Position numbers and translations under genes: made by a program
Assembly (NCBI GenBank): GCA_008632985.1
Contig: QPGO01000025.1
Span: 1 to 64,000, forward strand
Reading direction: 5' to 3'
Source of the DNA: Psammoneis japonica
Taxonomy: Eukaryota
DNA length: 64,000 bases
The notes under the pieces: model-generated
The model's database searches: none
The model's input: only the letters and a program-made list of their open reading frames with translations
Told to the model about the DNA's origin: nothing
Part shown: positions 11,749 to 24,027 of the stretch, in pieces
How positions within the stretch are numbered: position 1 is the first letter of the stretch
Layout of the letters: each line of letters begins with the position of its first letter

Positions 11749-14700
11749 ATGTCGCCTTTAAAGAAGCGGCGCCGATCGGATGATTCTGAATCTTCGACGG
11801 AACAACTCGAGACTTCGATGGTGTCAGTCGACTCTGTGGATTTCGAAGCATCCAACGCGCAGAATGTGAGAGTCGTTGTGCGATTAAGGCCCCTCTCCTC
11901 CAAGGAACTTAATGAACTTTCAACTGAGTCGATTAGCTCGGACCATTGCGATGTTGTGGTTGACAAGAATCGAAGATTTCAATTCGATGCCGTCTTTGGA
12001 CCCAGTTCAACCCAGCAAGAATTGTACGACGGCACTGCAGGTGACATGGTGAAGACAAATGTCTTCAAGGGCTTTAATGTCACGATACTTGCGTACGGGC
12101 AAACTGGATCGGGGAAAACCTTCACGATGGGGACGAATGGAGGAGGGAACGGAACCGCAGCAAGCAGTGGAGATCTCTCGGCGCCAACACAGGGCGACGG
12201 CGTCATTCCACGTGCCGTTTATGACCTCTTCAAGACAAGGCAGTCTATGGAGGACGGGGAAAACCGTGTCAAAGTAGAGATGTCTTACCTCGAAATTTAC
12301 AATGAAGAAGCTCGCGACTTGCTTCAAGACGACAAGACAGGATCCTTGTTGAATATTCGCGATGGAAAGGATGGAGTCATTGTTCAGAATCTCTCCCTTG
12401 TCGAAGTAAAGTCTCCAAAGGACGTCAGTGACCTTATGGAATCAGCCGCTCTTCGAAGGGCGACGGCCAGCACAGCTATGAATTCGGTTTCTAGTCGGTC
12501 ACATGCTATATGCACGTTGAACGTCACTATTTCGCCATCGTCGAGTCCCAAGGCGTTGCAATCTTGCAGCGAGGTGATTCGTTCGAAGTTGACACTCGTT
12601 GATCTTGCGGGATCTGAGAGGATCAAAAGGACAGGTGCCGAAGGCCAACGTATGAAGGAGGGTATCAATATCAACAAAGGTCTTTTCGTCCTAGGTCAAG
12701 TGGTTTCGGCACTTTCTGAACTTGGTCAACAAAACAACGAGGCGACCGGTAGAACAGCGCATTCTCACATTCCATACCGCGACTCGAAGCTCACGCGTTT
12801 ACTGCAGGACTCTCTCGGGGGCAACTCGCGCACAGTCGTCGTCGCGTGTGTATCTCCTGCTAGTTCGAATATTGACGAATCGATCAACACGCTTCGGTAC
12901 GCAGAAAGGACGCGTAATATTCAGAACTCAGCTGTACGAAATGTTGTCGCTACAAACAGCGTATCTATTGAAGAAGCCAATGCTCTTCGTAGAGAGAATC
13001 AGATGCTCAAGCTGAAACTCCTTCAAGCCCAGGCTAACTTGCCCGCTCCAAAGATTGCGTCTCACACTGTCACTTCAGCACCCTTGTCATCAGGAGAGTC
13101 GGAGGTACGTACAACTTTTCTCACTTTGTTACTGTGCAAATGTCTTTCTATCACAGGAATGTTGATATAATCTCTCGTCGTTTGCCTCTCTTTGCAGAGT
13201 CTTTCGTGTCTTCTTGGCGTGAGTGACGAGAAGTTGGAGCTAGTGTCAAGATTGCGGGCTCGCATCGCTTCCCTAGAATGCAAGGTGGAGCAAATGGAAA
13301 GTCAAGTTCAATGTGCACATGAGGATACGCTGGAAGCAACGCTACGTGCTGACAAGTGGGAGCTCAAGTATAACCAGCTTTTTTCTTCAGTTGCTGAGAA
13401 GAATATGAGTGTCACACTTGACGAACCGGTGAACTCAGACGACTCGCTTGTCACCAGAATGAGGAAGGAGATCGCTGACCTTAAATCCCAGTTACAAGAA
13501 GCGCAGACGGATGCTGCTGTCGCGCGAGCAACGGCCGCCGCAGTTGTTGTGGGAGGAGGAGATATTGCAAACTTGTCGGAGATGATCGTGTCCACTGAAA
13601 GTGAGCTCGACCTTGACACACAAGGAGTTGATACTGATAATGCTAACCAAGAGAAGTGGACCGCAGAGCTAGTATCGATGAGTGGGCAGATCGAGCAGAA
13701 AGAAGCCATGGCTTCGCAAATGAATAAGAGCGTGAGTGTATGGATATGCTACGGTCTCATTTCGAAAACGCCGTTCACCAACTTCAGGAGGAGGTCAACG
13801 TATTGGCCTCTGAAAGAGATGGCCTCTTGACAAAAATCAACGATGATGTTGCTGAAAAAAGTGATTCTAAAGCAAGAACCCGTATTAAAGAGCTCGAGGC
13901 AAAAATTGCTGCATTGAAAAGGAAATCCGAAGAACACAAGAAGACTCTTCGTTTGCGAGAGCAAGCCGAGCAAAAATGCATCCGATTGGCGGAAGAGATT
14001 AAGGAAGACAAAAAACGTCGAGCCGAGCTGCAGCGAAAGCTAAAAGAGGAATCTCGGGAAAGGAGAAGTGAACAAAAGGCGGCAAGGGTACACGCTTCAA
14101 AAATGCTACGAGATCGGCAGAAACTGGAATACGAGTTGAAAAAGGTAAAGGATGCAGCCGCTAGGCAAACGGCCGTTCTCAGGAGGAAGAATGCCGAGGC
14201 ACTTAGTAAACAAAAGCAGATGGCTGAGCAGCAACGCAAGCGCAACGCGGCAGCATCCATTCGTCAGAATAGGAGCGGTCGTGCTAGAGGAAGTAGCGGC
14301 GACAGAAGACAAGACGAATTGAAAGCTTGGATGAATCGCGAAATGGAATCGTCTCTGGCCCTTAAGAGAACAAAGAGTCAAATCTCAGAACACACGACGA
14401 TGCTTCAAGAAATGATGTTAAGGAGGAGGGAAATCTGTTCTGATGACAACATGAAAAAGGAGTTACACGCCCTTGACAGAGAGATTGAGCTGCGCAGAGG
14501 CGTGGTTAAGCAACTGGAAGAGGCTGTGAAGGAACATCAGAAAGTTCGGTCTGAATCTTCATCGTCTTTAGGTTTCGAGGATAGTCATACCTGGAGTAAT
14601 CTCACGCGGACTGATGCCAAGTTTGTATTCACATGTGCTTTTGAACATCTTCTGGCAAACCGTGAAAAATCAGAGAACCTTGAAGCGTCTCAGAAAGATG

Positions 14701-15889
14701 TCGTAGCGGACGCGGTTAGAGATGCAGTAGACAAGGAGAAGCGACATGCCAATGAAACTATTGCCAAGCTCAAGATGCAGCATTCAGAAGAGGTGATGAC
14801 GTTGCTTTCGTCAACAAAGAGTGCCGTGGAGAACGACGTAAAACAGAAGGTATTGGAGTGCTCCAGCAGTGACGATCCAGACTTCCGAGCGGCAGTAGAT
14901 GAAATGATAGGATCATATTTGAAAGGATACGACGAAGTGGGAGAGAAAATGAAAAATGACTTACAGTCGATAAAGAACGAACACGATGGGATGCAGAGAC
15001 TGGTTGGTGAAGTTGCGCAGACTATGATAGCCAGCAACGAGGTCGCTGTTGATTCTGAGCCAAAGAAGAAGAAAGCAAAGAAGCCATCACGTCGATCTTT
15101 GGTTATTGCCGAGGAAGAAGAGGAATGGTTTGAAGACGAAGAAGACATTCCGTTTGAGGACAGTGATGATAGTGACTGGAATCCAGAGACTCCAGCCCGG
15201 AAGAAGCTTAAGCGTGAGAAAGAAATCGAAAAAGCAAATGCGAAGTCGCAGTTGAACTTTTCCAGAGCCAATAGGAATAATGCGGTTGGCGTGAACGAAG
15301 TAGAGAACCACGAGAATGGGGTACATTCGGAAGAGCTTGAAAAAATGAAGGTGGCTGAGTTGCGAGATCTTTTGCGACAGCGGGGGCTCGCGGTGTCCGG
15401 AAAGAAAGTAGATTTATTGAAGAGATTGCGAGGCAGCGGATTTGCTTCACAACCAGGCCATTCGAAAGACGCAGCAGTCGACGCGGAGACTTCGAATTCG
15501 AACGATTCGGAAAAGGGAAGTCTCGTACGAAGCATCAGTAGCTCTTTCGATTCTAGTGACCGTGGCTCCTTTTTGAAGTCGTCGGGAAGGAAAATCAACT
15601 CTCAGAATCGCCCATTGCCGTGGCTAGCAAAATCCAGCGAAAGCCACTTGGCCAGAAGGCCTTCATGCCGACAGCAAACCAGCGAGCAAATTCGCGAACA
15701 CAGGGCAAAGGCACTACGTTGCAGCAACCCCTTCATGCTCGGAAGCAGCTGGAGAACAATTCAAGCATTGCTTCCCCCCCGAAAAAGACAGCCACGAAAA
15801 AACTCTCTGTTAGTGCCAAGAAGCGCCGTCGAAGAGACATGGCAAAGGCAATGATGGCGGCGGAGAAAGCATGCCAAGGCATGAACTAA
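11749..15889 (+). CDS. Kinesin-4-like motor with coiled-coil stalk and C-terminal SAP domain; intron 13105-13197; apparent frameshifts near 13729 and 15585
   Basis: AYGQTGSGKT, SSRSH, DLAGSER and HIPYRDSKLTRLLQDSLGGN motifs; SAP motif MKVAELRDLLRQRGLAVSGKKVDLLKRL. Confidence 0.9.
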
Positions 15890-15974
15890 ACTTGTCACTG
15901 ATGTTGCTGGGGTTGGACTCCAGTTTTGCTAAAGTGCGTGTTTAGATTGCTCACCTCGTCTAGAGCATAAGATG

Positions 15975-15984
15975 TAGGGCCCTA
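15975..15984. promoter_or_regulatory. TAGGGCCCTA palindrome (also 21035, 56297, 63562; near-match 49764); function unknown
   Basis: Four exact 10-mer copies, each just downstream of a gene 3' end. Confidence 0.45.
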
Positions 15985-16032
15985 GTCATAGTACTGCACT
16001 ATCAAGGTGGAGATTTGTTCTACTCAACGACA

Positions 16033-17933
16033 TTATATCAATAGGAGTGAAACTAGCAGTGCAGGCAATAACACAAGCATCAATAAGGCGCTGAAACAAG
16101 CTTTGGTTGCACCCGAAAGCAAAAAATTCGACATTTCATTAGTTGAATGCCTCTCAGAATTTGACCCAACCCAATTAGTTCGCAAAGCCAAAGCCATCTG
16201 GAGATCGCGTTTCGTTCCTGATCTTGTGCCATCATACACGTAGTTGTCCATGTGCGGAAGTGCCACCGATCCTACATCAACAAGAGCAGAAGGCAGTGCG
16301 CTGGTACTTGTTTCGTACTCACTTTGCCCGCCTGGTGCCCAAGAATCGCTGTAGGAAAGCCCCCCGAGAAATACAATATCTCCACTATTCTCATCCTGGC
16401 AGTAAACCAAAACGGTGTCACCAGCGGCCGCTAAAGCAAACCCTGCATCTGATTCGTCCCACGATGAGGCGTACAAAAGAGAATCCCCGTAACCCATTAC
16501 ATTTCCGGCTTTTATCCCGCTTTCAGGCACCGTGAGCTAGTCATAAATAGCATCGAATAGAAGCGTTAGCATTCGAACCGGCTTCATAAAAGGAGAAGAT
16601 GAGCATCAACTTACCTTTAACGTGCCTTCGTTAGAACGAAAGGTGGTACCTGTCCAAGCGTTATCCGTCAAATAAATGTCAATTCCTCCGGGGATGTTTT
16701 CAAGTGCAACAAGACCTACGCTGTCTGGGTTATCGGAATTGAGCAACACCACCATGACGTCTCCAGCTTTGAGGTCCACACAAGTCCCATTCGTCGGAAC
16801 AGGATTCTCTTCTTCCTCTCCTCCTGCGGTGCAATTGTACCCAAACTGCCCTGGTACAATGGATTTTGGCTCTCCAAATATCGTGGTAGCCAATTGTGGA
16901 AAATCTATAAAAGGATTGCGATTTCCTTGCCAGCGTTCGCATGTGCGGTTGTTTCGTGCTTCTTCTCTAGCATCGGGAAGATCTTGCCAGTGCCACTCAA
17001 GCAACTGACTGAGATACGCCATTTCATTATCATTATTTGTAGGGCAGTCCGTCAACACCAAGTCTTCACCATCCAGCCCATCGTATCTCAAGTCCATGTA
17101 AAAGAGTGACCGTGCAATGTCCCCTCGACTTGCGGCTGGTGGTAACCAGACTGTCCCATCTGTAGCCGTGTCCTCTGCTGCTTCGCCATTGGCGGGTATT
17201 CGGCATTCGCTTAGGCTTTCGAAGAAACCACAACCCCCAAAGTATTTATTACTTCTAGCAGTGTTTACTGAAACAAAAGAAAAGCGAGCATTGGGTAAGA
17301 GGTGAAACCGTCCAGTACCAGCACCTTCCGCTCATTTGCCTTTATTTGTCAGGTCGCTCACCATTAGCATCCGCGGGTTTCAAGTGAAAGACCTTTGCAG
17401 AAAGCAAGGAAAAGAGAAACGCGGAGATGCACAGCATAAGGTACGGACGTAGAAAGCGGTGGCTCAAATCATTCAAATCTGGACACTTGAAGCAGTCCAC
17501 TCACATCTGTAAAATCCATGCCACCAGTCTCTACCCCACGACTCTTTGGCCATATGTGTTCCCTATTCCAAGTAGCAGAATCGCCAAAAGGGATTGCAGG
17601 AAAGAGAATATTTCTGTAGATCAAGCGTACCATTGTCTGAGTTTCCCCACTGGCGTCCACAGACTCAACTCCATCTAAATCAATTAGGGCTTTCCAAACA
17701 TCGTCACCACCAGTGGATGATGTATAGGGAAGAGCTTGTCGATGTGTGTTTCTAATCAAATCGTGCAATTCAGCTCTTTTCCATTCTTCCGGTGCGGTCC
17801 CAGACAGGCCCTCGTAGTAAGATGACAAATCACATCCCGAAAACGAATCCTGAGCGATACTTCTCGGCATCAAGATTATAAAGCACAAACTTTTGAAGAG
17901 ACATTGGCCTCTACTACCAGTAGCAAGAAACAT
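16033..17933 (-). CDS. Secreted or anchored Endonuclease I family (EndA/NucM-like) nuclease; exons 17933-17505, 17392-17362, 17267-16615, 16536-16033
   Basis: WNREHIWPKSRG, DVFHLKPADANVNTARSN, RGDIARSLFYMDLRY and QGNRNPFID motifs; three in-frame GT..AG introns; hydrophobic N- and C-termini. Confidence 0.88.
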
Positions 17934-18065
17934 CTTCTGCGGATGATGTCGAAGGGCAAAAAAAGTGACAGCGATGTGAGTGCACACCGACCGTGATCGC
18001 TGGTCAGGTTGAAGGTCGCGCGTTCAGATTCGCTCGCTCGATGCCCGCTTAGCTTGCCTCTCGCC

Positions 18066-18176
18066 ATCTCTCTACTAGGAGTGCTAGACTACCGGTAGTA
18101 GAGAGAGTAGAGAGAGTCTCTACTCTACTCTAGAGAGAGAGAGAGAGTAGAGTAGCTACCTCTACTCTAGAGCTAC
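18066..18176. repeat. Low-complexity AG/TAG/CTA tract with short inverted repeats
   Basis: tagagagagtagagagagtctctactctactctagagagagagagagagtagagtag. Confidence 0.7.
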
Positions 18177-18724
18177 GCTTGAGGGCATGCATGATGGTAC
18201 CAAGGCCAGTGTTTACATTTATGGTGTCAGTGGCATTCGATTTGAGATTGTAGTCCAGTGACCATCTCACTGGTGCCAAGATTGTTATACCCAGCTCACG
18301 AATATAGTGCTGTGTGTGTGCGGTGGAAAATCACAAGACAAGGCCCTATACTACGTACTACACATCATCAGAAGGAGGGACAAAACATGCTTGCCTTCCA
18401 AGCGATTCTACATATTAATGACCACACTGCATCCGTCATAATAAAAGGAGACTAGTGCTGCCTACTAGGCGAAAATAGACTAAACAGGATAGCCTGGCAG
18501 AAGCGGTTCTGCATGCCTACTTGTACTTCTCAATGCCACGCTGCCCTCACCACAAAAGGAGACTAATGGCTGGTCATGATAATTGGGCTTTGAACGTTTG
18601 ATAATGCTCTAGTACTTTACATGCTGCATACATCAACTACTTAATGTCGTTGTGATTTGCCTTGCTTGCGTGACACCCCGTGTATCAACCTTACGTCTGA
18701 TTTGTTGTTGATCCGTCAAATCAG

Positions 18725-19384
18725 TTACACGAGCCCATAGAGGAGCCAAACTGTGGTTGTGATTAGTGCAGCTGTTCCAAAGTATCCACTCCTGTCCGCA
18801 GCCGATGGATCCCCATCAGTCTGCACTTCGCCATTGGTAGGCTGCAAAGGACCCACATTCGGAGGTGAAGGCGGTGGAGAAGGGGTCGACGGGTCTGATG
18901 GGGTGGGTGGAGTTGGCTGTGTTTCTCCATCGGTGGGTTGAGAAGGAGCTTCATTGGTTGGAGGCGAAGGAGGTGCTGGGGAAGGTGTTGGATTGGAAGG
19001 TTCCGACGGGTTACTGGTCCATTCACAGCCTTGAGTAAGGATGCAGTCGCTTCTGCTGGTCAAGGTGGCGCAACTCGCAAATCCTTGACAAGAAACTTCA
19101 CTTCGGCATTGCAAAGTTGAACATCCCAGGCTGCGGTAACTGCATCTGCATTGAGAAGTACGCTCACAGAGAATCTCGCAGGTATTCATGAGGGTGGTGC
19201 AAACGCCGCTAATGCCCGGTGCTATAGAGCAACGAGATGGGCTGAAAGTATCGCCGCAGGACTGTGCCACACCCGAACAGAAACCAGTGGTACTCTGGGC
19301 GAGTGTGAAGACCGGAAACATCAACCAAAGGATTAAGGTTGTCCCGAGAGGAGAAGCATAAGACAGGGTCAAATTCTTTCTCAT
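18725..19384 (-). CDS. Secreted Cys-rich, Pro/Ser/Thr-rich surface protein, possibly GPI-anchored
   Basis: Signal-like N-terminus, Cys-rich domain, PSxPT repeats, hydrophobic C-terminus. Confidence 0.75.
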   Translation of the reverse strand: MRKNLTLSYASPLGTTLILWLMFPVFTLAQSTTGFCSGVAQSCGDTFSPSRCSIAPGISGVCTTLMNTCEILCERTSQCRCSYRSLGCSTLQCRSEVSCQGFASCATLTSRSDCILTQGCEWTSNPSEPSNPTPSPAPPSPPTNEAPSQPTDGETQPTPPTPSDPSTPSPPPSPPNVGPLQPTNGEVQTDGDPSAADRSGYFGTAALITTTVWLLYGLV

Positions 19385-19649
19385 GTTTTCGCTCAAGTGT
19401 GCAGCCGATGTATTTTTTTGTTTCGTTTTTTTTGTGTGACGAAACAACCAGATGAGACCAAAAGAGGCACGACTGCAACCATCCCCGCCACGTCACCAGG
19501 CAATTTTATGATTACATTCATGTACGATCATCACATCCCGAGGTGACGTCAGACTCGGAGAAAATAGAAACCCCGCATTTATTTTTGAAATCAACAACCG
19601 TCTTTCTCATGCTTTCCGAAACCAGTCCTAAAAACAACCAATGGATTAG

Positions 19650-21030
19650 TCTCTTTGTTCACAGAGGAAAAGAACAAGAGACAGCAAGCGAAGTGGTCGC
19701 CACGTTGGAGTGGCGACATGGAACATGGGTGTGCAGTGCTTCTGACTTGCTGCTGTGAGGGTGCGCCCCCCAACTCCAAAGTGAGGAGCAGTGGAGGGAG
19801 CTGAGACCAGAACAGGGGCAGTTTCTGGTGTCATGTTGGCATCATCAGTGGTTGCAGCTCTTGCAGTCTTGAAAGCATGAAACACCACAAAGCAACAAAG
19901 GCACCAGCAACCAGCAGCACAGAGTCGCTGCTCTCGAAGAAAAAAGAGGAGAGTCTCTCTCCCGAACCCCCCACATCTCCCAAAGGAGCAACACACCCAT
20001 GGTCACAACTGCCACAGTTATTTTTGGGATGCACAATTCACACACCTGATGGTTGCAAGCACATGTGCCACCAAAAGCCTCAAATTTGAAGCACAGCAGT
20101 TGTGTGCACCAGGCGCGACCCCCACACCTTGAAAACCACACCGGCCCACTGCTGTGAATGGAGCTCACAATCACTGTCATTTTGTGGTCACCTGGCCCAA
20201 ACACAAGAACCAAATGACAAGATGCAAGCACATGAATTTGCCCAATTGTGTCAGAAGTCACACCCAACTCTCTTCCAATGCTCTTCAGCTGCGCCATGTG
20301 GTGCGCAATGCGCAGTCATTTGCAGCAACAGCAACCTGAGAGGGAGAGCAGCTGTCTCTTCTTGTGTCCCTTTGTGTCACACCTAAGACTGAAGCAATCT
20401 TCAGAAACACACTTGTTGCACCAACAATGTGCCCTCTTTGTTTTCAGGATGCTGGGCTTCTCCTCAAACAAAGCCCCTCTCAAGCTCCCAGCCACAGGGG
20501 CAGAGCTGGCGTGTGTGTCTCTTTCCTTGAACAGCCCTCCTCATGCCTTCTCCTCTCCCACCTCCTCTAAAACATCACATTTGGAACACTTCCTCAGTGC
20601 ATCAAGAGGCAGACAATCATCATCACAACAGCAACAAATGCAAGGTTGAGCGTGGCACAATGTGCAGCTGGCTGGGATGTGAGGAAGTGCGACTTTGTGG
20701 CTGCACACATCACCAGTTGTGCCAGATCATTTGAAGACTGCCAAGATCCTCATCACATTGATTGAAGAGGCCTGTGATGAAGATGACACTGACATGAGAT
20801 TCTGTGAGAATGGTGCTGAGCTCTCGAAGCTTTGGTTTGCCAGCAATGACTTTCCAACCAACAGAATCGAAGACCATTCTGGATGCCCTTCTTCTTAAGT
20901 CAACAATTTGACATAAACATGTTTCTGTGCTCGGACACTCATCATAATTAACCTCATGTGTTCATTGAGAAAACGAGACACAGCGGTTCAGCGTGCAATT
21001 CAAGAAGAGAACAAGGCACCTACAAGACAC
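19650..21030. other. TpA/CpG-depleted hypermutated block D3
   Basis: Very few TpA; coding-like remnant near 20720-20898 without Tyr. Confidence 0.8.
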
Positions 21031-21102
21031 ATGTTAGGGCCCTAGATGCAACTCAATCTCGCGACTGGTGGGCTAACTAGAGTACAATGCCACTTTATTA
21101 GC

Positions 21103-22179
21103 TTATTGTGTCTCGGCACCAGTCAAAGCTGACTCTCGAATTTGCACTAGGTTGAAATTTCGGAACGATTTGTAATTTGGAATAACAGCCATGCCGCACA
21201 ACGTTTGGCAAATCTCAACGTTAATCGTAAACTCAGGTTCGTCAAGGTCAACCTTCCATGCTGAAGAGCTAGATGTCTCTGAAGCTATAATTATTTCCAC
21301 AATCGTGTCAATCACCTGCTTCGTTGTCATGTTGGAACAATGTCGTCTCTTAACTGACACTGCAAAAGAATGTACCGTGGTAGAGTCACTCGCAATGGAC
21401 AGCAGCTTTTGCTCTATCAAAATTCGTGCTGTCTTTCTAATCTCCTCCAAGGAGGCAAAGCAAGTAACCTGTATCGGAATCATTCGTGTCACAAACCGAG
21501 AGCTTGGAGCCCCAGCTCCAATGTTGTTTGTTTCAAGATCCTTCACAACACGTGCGACGGTGCTCAAAGGATCCCACTTGCGCTCAGCACTTTCCCCTGA
21601 AGTGGAGGCCTCTTCCTCGCCCTTATCTCCATCAGCCTCAGTGGAGTCACCTTGGTTCTCAACTCTTTGTCGCTTCTCTGAAACTGCCGCTTCTCCTTCT
21701 TCGCTATCAGCTGCTACATTCTCGGATTTCGTCTCCCCAAGTATTGAACAATGGGGCAGCGTACACATGAAAAACACTGATCCTCGACAACCGGTATCAT
21801 AGACCGCAAAAGGAGATGACTTTTTGCGCTCCTTATTGTTTCCAGTGGAACTAGCACCCGCTTGTAACGACAAGACTTGGTCTGTTGTGGCTCCGCCGTG
21901 GAGCATTGCAATTTCCTCATCAAGACTCATGCACTTCTTTGCCTCATTTTTCTTTTCTATTGCATTCTTTTCATTCGTTTCTTGGGGCTTGGCCTCCTGT
22001 CGTTGCGTATCTTGGCTGTAGTAGTAATGCGAAAGAATATCCAATCCCTCGCGACGGCACTTCGATTCACGCCCCGTTTCACAAGTTAGCAACACCCCGG
22101 GTCCACCGCGGCGCGGTTGATGACGATTGACCTTACCGTCGCCAAACTTTTTTCTCTTTTTATATTTAGTTTCACTCAT
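21103..22179 (-). CDS. THUMP domain protein (THUMPD1/Tan1-like)
   Basis: GVLLTC..GRESKC, RFVTRMIPIQVTC and WKVDLDEPEFTINVEI motifs. Confidence 0.85.
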   Translation of the reverse strand: MSETKYKKRKKFGDGKVNRHQPRRGGPGVLLTCETGRESKCRREGLDILSHYYYSQDTQRQEAKPQETNEKNAIEKKNEAKKCMSLDEEIAMLHGGATTDQVLSLQAGASSTGNNKERKKSSPFAVYDTGCRGSVFFMCTLPHCSILGETKSENVAADSEEGEAAVSEKRQRVENQGDSTEADGDKGEEEASTSGESAERKWDPLSTVARVVKDLETNNIGAGAPSSRFVTRMIPIQVTCFASLEEIRKTARILIEQKLLSIASDSTTVHSFAVSVKRRHCSNMTTKQVIDTIVEIIIASETSSSSAWKVDLDEPEFTINVEICQTLCGMAVIPNYKSFRNFNLVQIRESALTGAETQ

Positions 22180-22631
22180 CTGGTCGTAAAGTTTGACTGA
22201 TCGTTCTGTTGATGTCGTTGCCAATAGATTAGCTCCCTAGTTTTAATCACAGAGTACGCATATATTAGCAAAAGAAGCTTCAGCTTTTTGTTGCGATCGT
22301 CAATCGTCACCTGTCTTTGTTAGCTGCGCTCTGCTGGCTGCGACGACTCCCTCCGTCGTCGCTCGTCAAATGGGAATCTGGAATTCATATCTCAGTCGTG
22401 AGTCAGTCGTGCATGCCACTCTATTTCCGGGTCCGGGAAAAGTTCCGATCCCGACGAGTTCGCTTTCTTCCCGCACTTTCACGTGTAGCAACCGCGGCCA
22501 GAAATGCAATTGCCACAAGTGCGAACGCAAAACAAATAAACTATCAACGCAAAAAGAACAATCGAACAGAATCACAATCTATCACCACAAGACTTTACTA
22601 CAAGAGCCTGAAGCTGATATTATAAGCAAGC

Positions 22632-23885
22632 ATGTTGGTACGAAACAAGAAATTGGTCCTCTTGTTTGTTCTGTCGGTCTCGACGAGACGAACAGAAGCA
22701 TTCTTCGGTGGGCAACAAACCCGAAGCTTAAGCAGGCAGCCGATGATTCCTCGATCTTTATCTGGGACTCACATGAATAAGAATGGGTACCAAGACACAG
22801 ATGGTAGCCAAACACAAACAAAGAGGCGAGTTATCAATGTCGCTTCCGACCCGAATGTGGAGGGTAAATGTACCTGTGGTCGCACCCACGTGACGCCACG
22901 CGTAGCCCGAGTCATGATGCCCATGATGTCGATGCTTCCCGCTCCGTTTGGCTTACCCAAGGAGGCGCAAGCAACGTCCATTGCTTCTTTTGAAAAGTCG
23001 GCATCCTTGTACTTTCCTGGGTCGCAATCATCAAACAAGATTCTTTCACGAGTTGCAAAGACATTGCACAACAAGCGGCACTACTCTCCCGCAAACACGC
23101 TCTTTGGAACATCCATCTGTCCGGATGAAATCAACAGCAAACCGACAAAGAGCTTGAGCACAAAGCTCCTGCAGTCCATGAGTGGTAAAGACCGAAACGG
23201 TGTCTTCAATCTGGGAGGACTTGGGGGTTTGCCTTTTGTGGGACAAGCTGGTATGCAAGCTTTTCTGAGCCATTGCCCACAAAATGGAAAAGTGCTGATA
23301 TTCTTTGGTCCACACGTTGGAATTACAGCACAGGGCATGGTTGGATTGGTGGAGCGTCAGGGGCAAGTCAATCCCGGGGCTGCCTGCGGAGCTGTCGTTG
23401 GAGCATACAAGACGGTGCTGCGAGAAGCCGAGAACAAGAAAGAGTCGTCTGATGATTTCAGCATCATGGACTTTCAAGAGGAGTATCTCATTTCTCGTTT
23501 ACGATCCAAGGTGCCAGAGATTCGCAAAATACTGGAGGACGAGGGTGAAGACATGGTTGCTGCCTATGTCACGGAGCAAGTCTACATTATGGTGCAAGAA
23601 ATGCTCATGAAGGAGCTCGAAACCTCATGGGAGCGAGACTCGGGGAAGTTTTGGGACGGTATCTCAGAAGTTTCGCTTTTGGGGGGTATCCTCATAAATG
23701 GTGGATCTGAAGACTACTTCCAGCCCATGGTATTTGAGTCTTGGTCCAAGCCTCTTGAAGAGGGAGGCCGTCCCGCTCGGGAGGATCTGTTCTTTGATAC
23801 CTTTGGCACCGACTCTCCGTCGATGGGGTCAGACTCATCTTTGACGAAACGAAAATTAAACGGTGCAGTTGTAACTCGTTGGTAA
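22632..23885 (+). CDS. LCIB-family / theta-type carbonic anhydrase, probably plastid targeted
   Basis: TSICPDEIN, FNLGGLGGLPFVG, GPHVGI and ACGA motifs; signal peptide ending TEA-FF. Confidence 0.85.
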   Translation: MLVRNKKLVLLFVLSVSTRRTEAFFGGQQTRSLSRQPMIPRSLSGTHMNKNGYQDTDGSQTQTKRRVINVASDPNVEGKCTCGRTHVTPRVARVMMPMMSMLPAPFGLPKEAQATSIASFEKSASLYFPGSQSSNKILSRVAKTLHNKRHYSPANTLFGTSICPDEINSKPTKSLSTKLLQSMSGKDRNGVFNLGGLGGLPFVGQAGMQAFLSHCPQNGKVLIFFGPHVGITAQGMVGLVERQGQVNPGAACGAVVGAYKTVLREAENKKESSDDFSIMDFQEEYLISRLRSKVPEIRKILEDEGEDMVAAYVTEQVYIMVQEMLMKELETSWERDSGKFWDGISEVSLLGGILINGGSEDYFQPMVFESWSKPLEEGGRPAREDLFFDTFGTDSPSMGSDSSLTKRKLNGAVVTRW

Positions 23886-24027
23886 CGTACCCAAGACGTC
23901 TTTCAAGCAATGCTGCTTACACCAAGCTCCGTATTGCATTAGAACTGTACAAATGTAATTAGTAGAAACTCTCCCATATTTAAATGAAATGCTAGAGCGT
24001 ATGGATCAAGCGATGAGGTCTACCGCA

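Noticed and set aside
13720..13745. Frameshifts in kinesin (13729, 15585) and SDR (7895) as programmed frameshifting
   Set aside because: Single-base losses beside short runs with no slippery-site evidence; consensus error is more likely.
14690..15598. 302-aa antisense ORF
   Set aside because: Shadow of the Glu/Lys-rich kinesin frame.
21103..22179. THUMP protein as the mutator enzyme
   Set aside because: Ordinary THUMPD1-like protein with no deaminase HxE..PCxxC motif; adjacency to D3 is not evidence.
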